Of a stretch of DNA of 63,963 nt, positions 62,096 through 63,963 are shown one piece after another. The position numbers and the translations under genes are program-made. The notes under the pieces were generated by a model. The model ran no database searches. It saw only the letters and a program-made list of their open reading frames with translations, and had not been told where the DNA came from. Every line of letters begins with the position of its first letter. Position 1 is the stretch's first letter. Source of the DNA: Okamejei kenojei (lineage: Eukaryota); NCBI GenBank assembly GCA_035221665.1, contig CM069172.1, forward strand, positions 5,208,038 through 5,272,000, given 5' to 3'.

Positions 62096-62882
62096 TCATG
62101 AATCTTCTCTGCACTCTTTCCAGCTTCCTTCCTAGAGCAGGGCGACCAAAACTGGACGCAATGCCTCAAATGCGGTCTCACCAACTAGAATCTGACATCT
62201 GCGGCAGGCAAGATATCATTGAATCATAGAGTCACATCGCATAAAAACAGGCCCATATCCCTCCAAACATCCTCTCATAGAGTTATAGTGATACATTATG
62301 GAAACGGGCTCTTCGGCCCAACTTGCCCACACCAGCCAACATGCCCCAGCTACACTAGTCCCACCTGCCTGCGCTTGGTCCATATCCCTGCAAACCAGTC
62401 CTATCCATGTACCTGTATAACTGTTTTGTAAATGTTGGGATAGTCTCTGCCTCAACAACCTCCTCTGGCAGCACATTCCATACACCCACCACCCTCTGTG
62501 TGAAAAAGTTACCCTTAGATTCCTATTAAATCTTTTCCCCCTCACCTTAAACCTGTGTCCTCTGGTGTTCGATTCCCCTACTCTGGGCAGAAACTCTGTG
62601 CATCTAACCAATCTAATCCTTCTCATGATTTTATACACTACTATAAGACAATGTTACAGTTTAGTTTATTGTCATGCGTGTTTATTGTTTTGCCTTGCAC
62701 TAATCGTTAATCACTGTAACAGTGTACACTGTGGACAGCTCGATCGACTGTAAAATCGTGTGTTGCCTTTCCGCTGGGACTGGCATACAAGCGCGCCACA
62801 AAAGCTTTCCACTGTACCTCGTTACACGTGACAATAAATTAAACTGTAAAAACTGAAAACACACCTCTGGTTGTTCTTACAG

Positions 62883-62976
62883 ATAAAAGCAGTATTTGGA
62901 TCGCAGTTTTGCTCACAGCAGGGATAATACTGATCGCTGTGCTAGCTGGATTCTTCATCTACAAGTATATACAGCG
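62883..62976 (+). CDS. Siglec/MAG-like gene (right copy): transmembrane exon, (D)KSSIWIAVLLTAGIILIAVLAGFFIYKYIQR
   Basis: ttcttacag| acceptor, phase-1 start, 23-residue uncharged hydrophobic helix followed by K..R, CG|gtaagt donor. Not in the ORF track. Confidence 0.85.
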
Positions 62977-63074
62977 GTAAGTTTGAATAAATCCACATTT
63001 TTACTTCCAAATCCATCTCTTTGTCATCTGTTTCTAATGACTGCTTCTGCCAGGATAACTCCTGTTCACAGACA

Positions 63075-63292
63075 CAAAATGCTGGAGTAACTCAGCGGGT
63101 CAGGCAGCATCTCTGGAGAACACAGACAGGTACAAAGTGCTGGAGTAACTCAGCGGGTCAGGCAGCATCTCTGGAGAACACGGACAGGTACAAAGTGCTG
63201 GAGTAACTCAGCGGGTCAGGCAGCATCTCTGGAGAACACGGACAGGTACAAAATGCTGGAGTAACTCAGCGGGTCAGGCAGCATCTCTGGGG
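63075..63292. repeat. 58-bp tandem repeat (about 4 units) derived from the Penelope-like terminal repeat
   Basis: gctggagtaactcagcgggtcaggcagcatctctgg at 63081, 63139, 63197 and 63255. Confidence 0.92.
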
Positions 63293-63963
63293 ATTATGGA
63301 ATAGGTGACATTTCGGTTCGGGACCTTCTTCAGGCTGAAAGGTTGAGAAAGTCAGAACAAATCAGAGCCAGCAACAGATGACCTTTGTACTGTTGTGAGC
63401 CATTTTGGGCCCCATATCTGAGGGAGGATGTGCTGGCTCTGGAGAGGGTCCAAAGGAGGCTTACGAGAATGGTTAACATATGATGAGCGTTTGACACTCA
63501 CTGGGCCTGTACTCACTGGAGTTTAGAAGGATGAGGTGGGGGACCTCATTGAAATTTAATGAATAGTGAATGGCCTGGATAGAATGGATGTGGAGAGGAT
63601 GTTTTCACTAGTGGGAGAATCTAGGACCAGAGGCCACAGCCTTAGAATTAAAGGACTACCTTTAGGAAGAAGAAAAGGAGGAGTTTCTTCAGTCATAGGG
63701 TGGTGAATCTGTGTAATTCTTTGCCACAGAAGGCTGTGGAGGCCAAGCCAATTGATATGTTTAATGCAGAGATAGATAGTTTTGTCATCAGTACGGGTGT
63801 CAGGCTTCTGGGGAGAAGGCAGGAGAAGAATGGGTTGAGAGGGAGAGATAGATCAGCCATGATTGAATTGCAGAGTAGAGTTGATGGGCCGAATGGCGTA
63901 ATTCTGTTCCTTGAACTTATGAAGGGTGGAGCCCACAATGGCCCTTTGTTGGCTGGGGAAGGA

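Noticed and set aside
45778-62976. Assigning the symbol MAG, CD22 or CD33
   Set aside because: Only family-level motifs are recognisable; orthology needs phylogeny and synteny.

Overview
Vertebrate genomic DNA, very likely a cartilaginous fish (skate/ray/shark), inferred from abundant HE1/V-SINE-type SINEs and HER1/CR1 LINEs. The window is one large imperfect palindrome: a left arm (<1-24507) and a right arm (37985 to at least ~59570) flank a 13.5-kb spacer made almost entirely of transposable elements. Each arm carries a copy of a Siglec/MAG-like Ig-superfamily lectin gene, and the two copies are divergently (head-to-head) oriented. The right copy (+) can be traced through a putative 5'UTR exon, leader, V-set (essential Arg kept), C2a, C2b, duplicated C2b', a MAG-D5-like exon and a TM exon; its cytoplasmic exons lie beyond the window. 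The left copy (-) lacks C2b' and runs off the window start, where base quality looks poor. Between copies the V-set exon is strongly and almost only non-synonymously diverged, while C2a and nearby introns are nearly identical. Both copies have GG instead of AG at the acceptor of the membrane-proximal Ig exon. Mobile elements include a DIRS1 element (left arm only), a Gypsy element nested in an older Gypsy whose LTRs start with a CTCF-like motif, a near full-length esterase-ORF1 CR1, Rex1/Babar LINEs, a non-autonomous Helitron, a hAT MITE and Penelope-like fragments with hammerhead-like cores. Most short ORFs in the six-frame track are spurious. All alignments and counts were done by eye.
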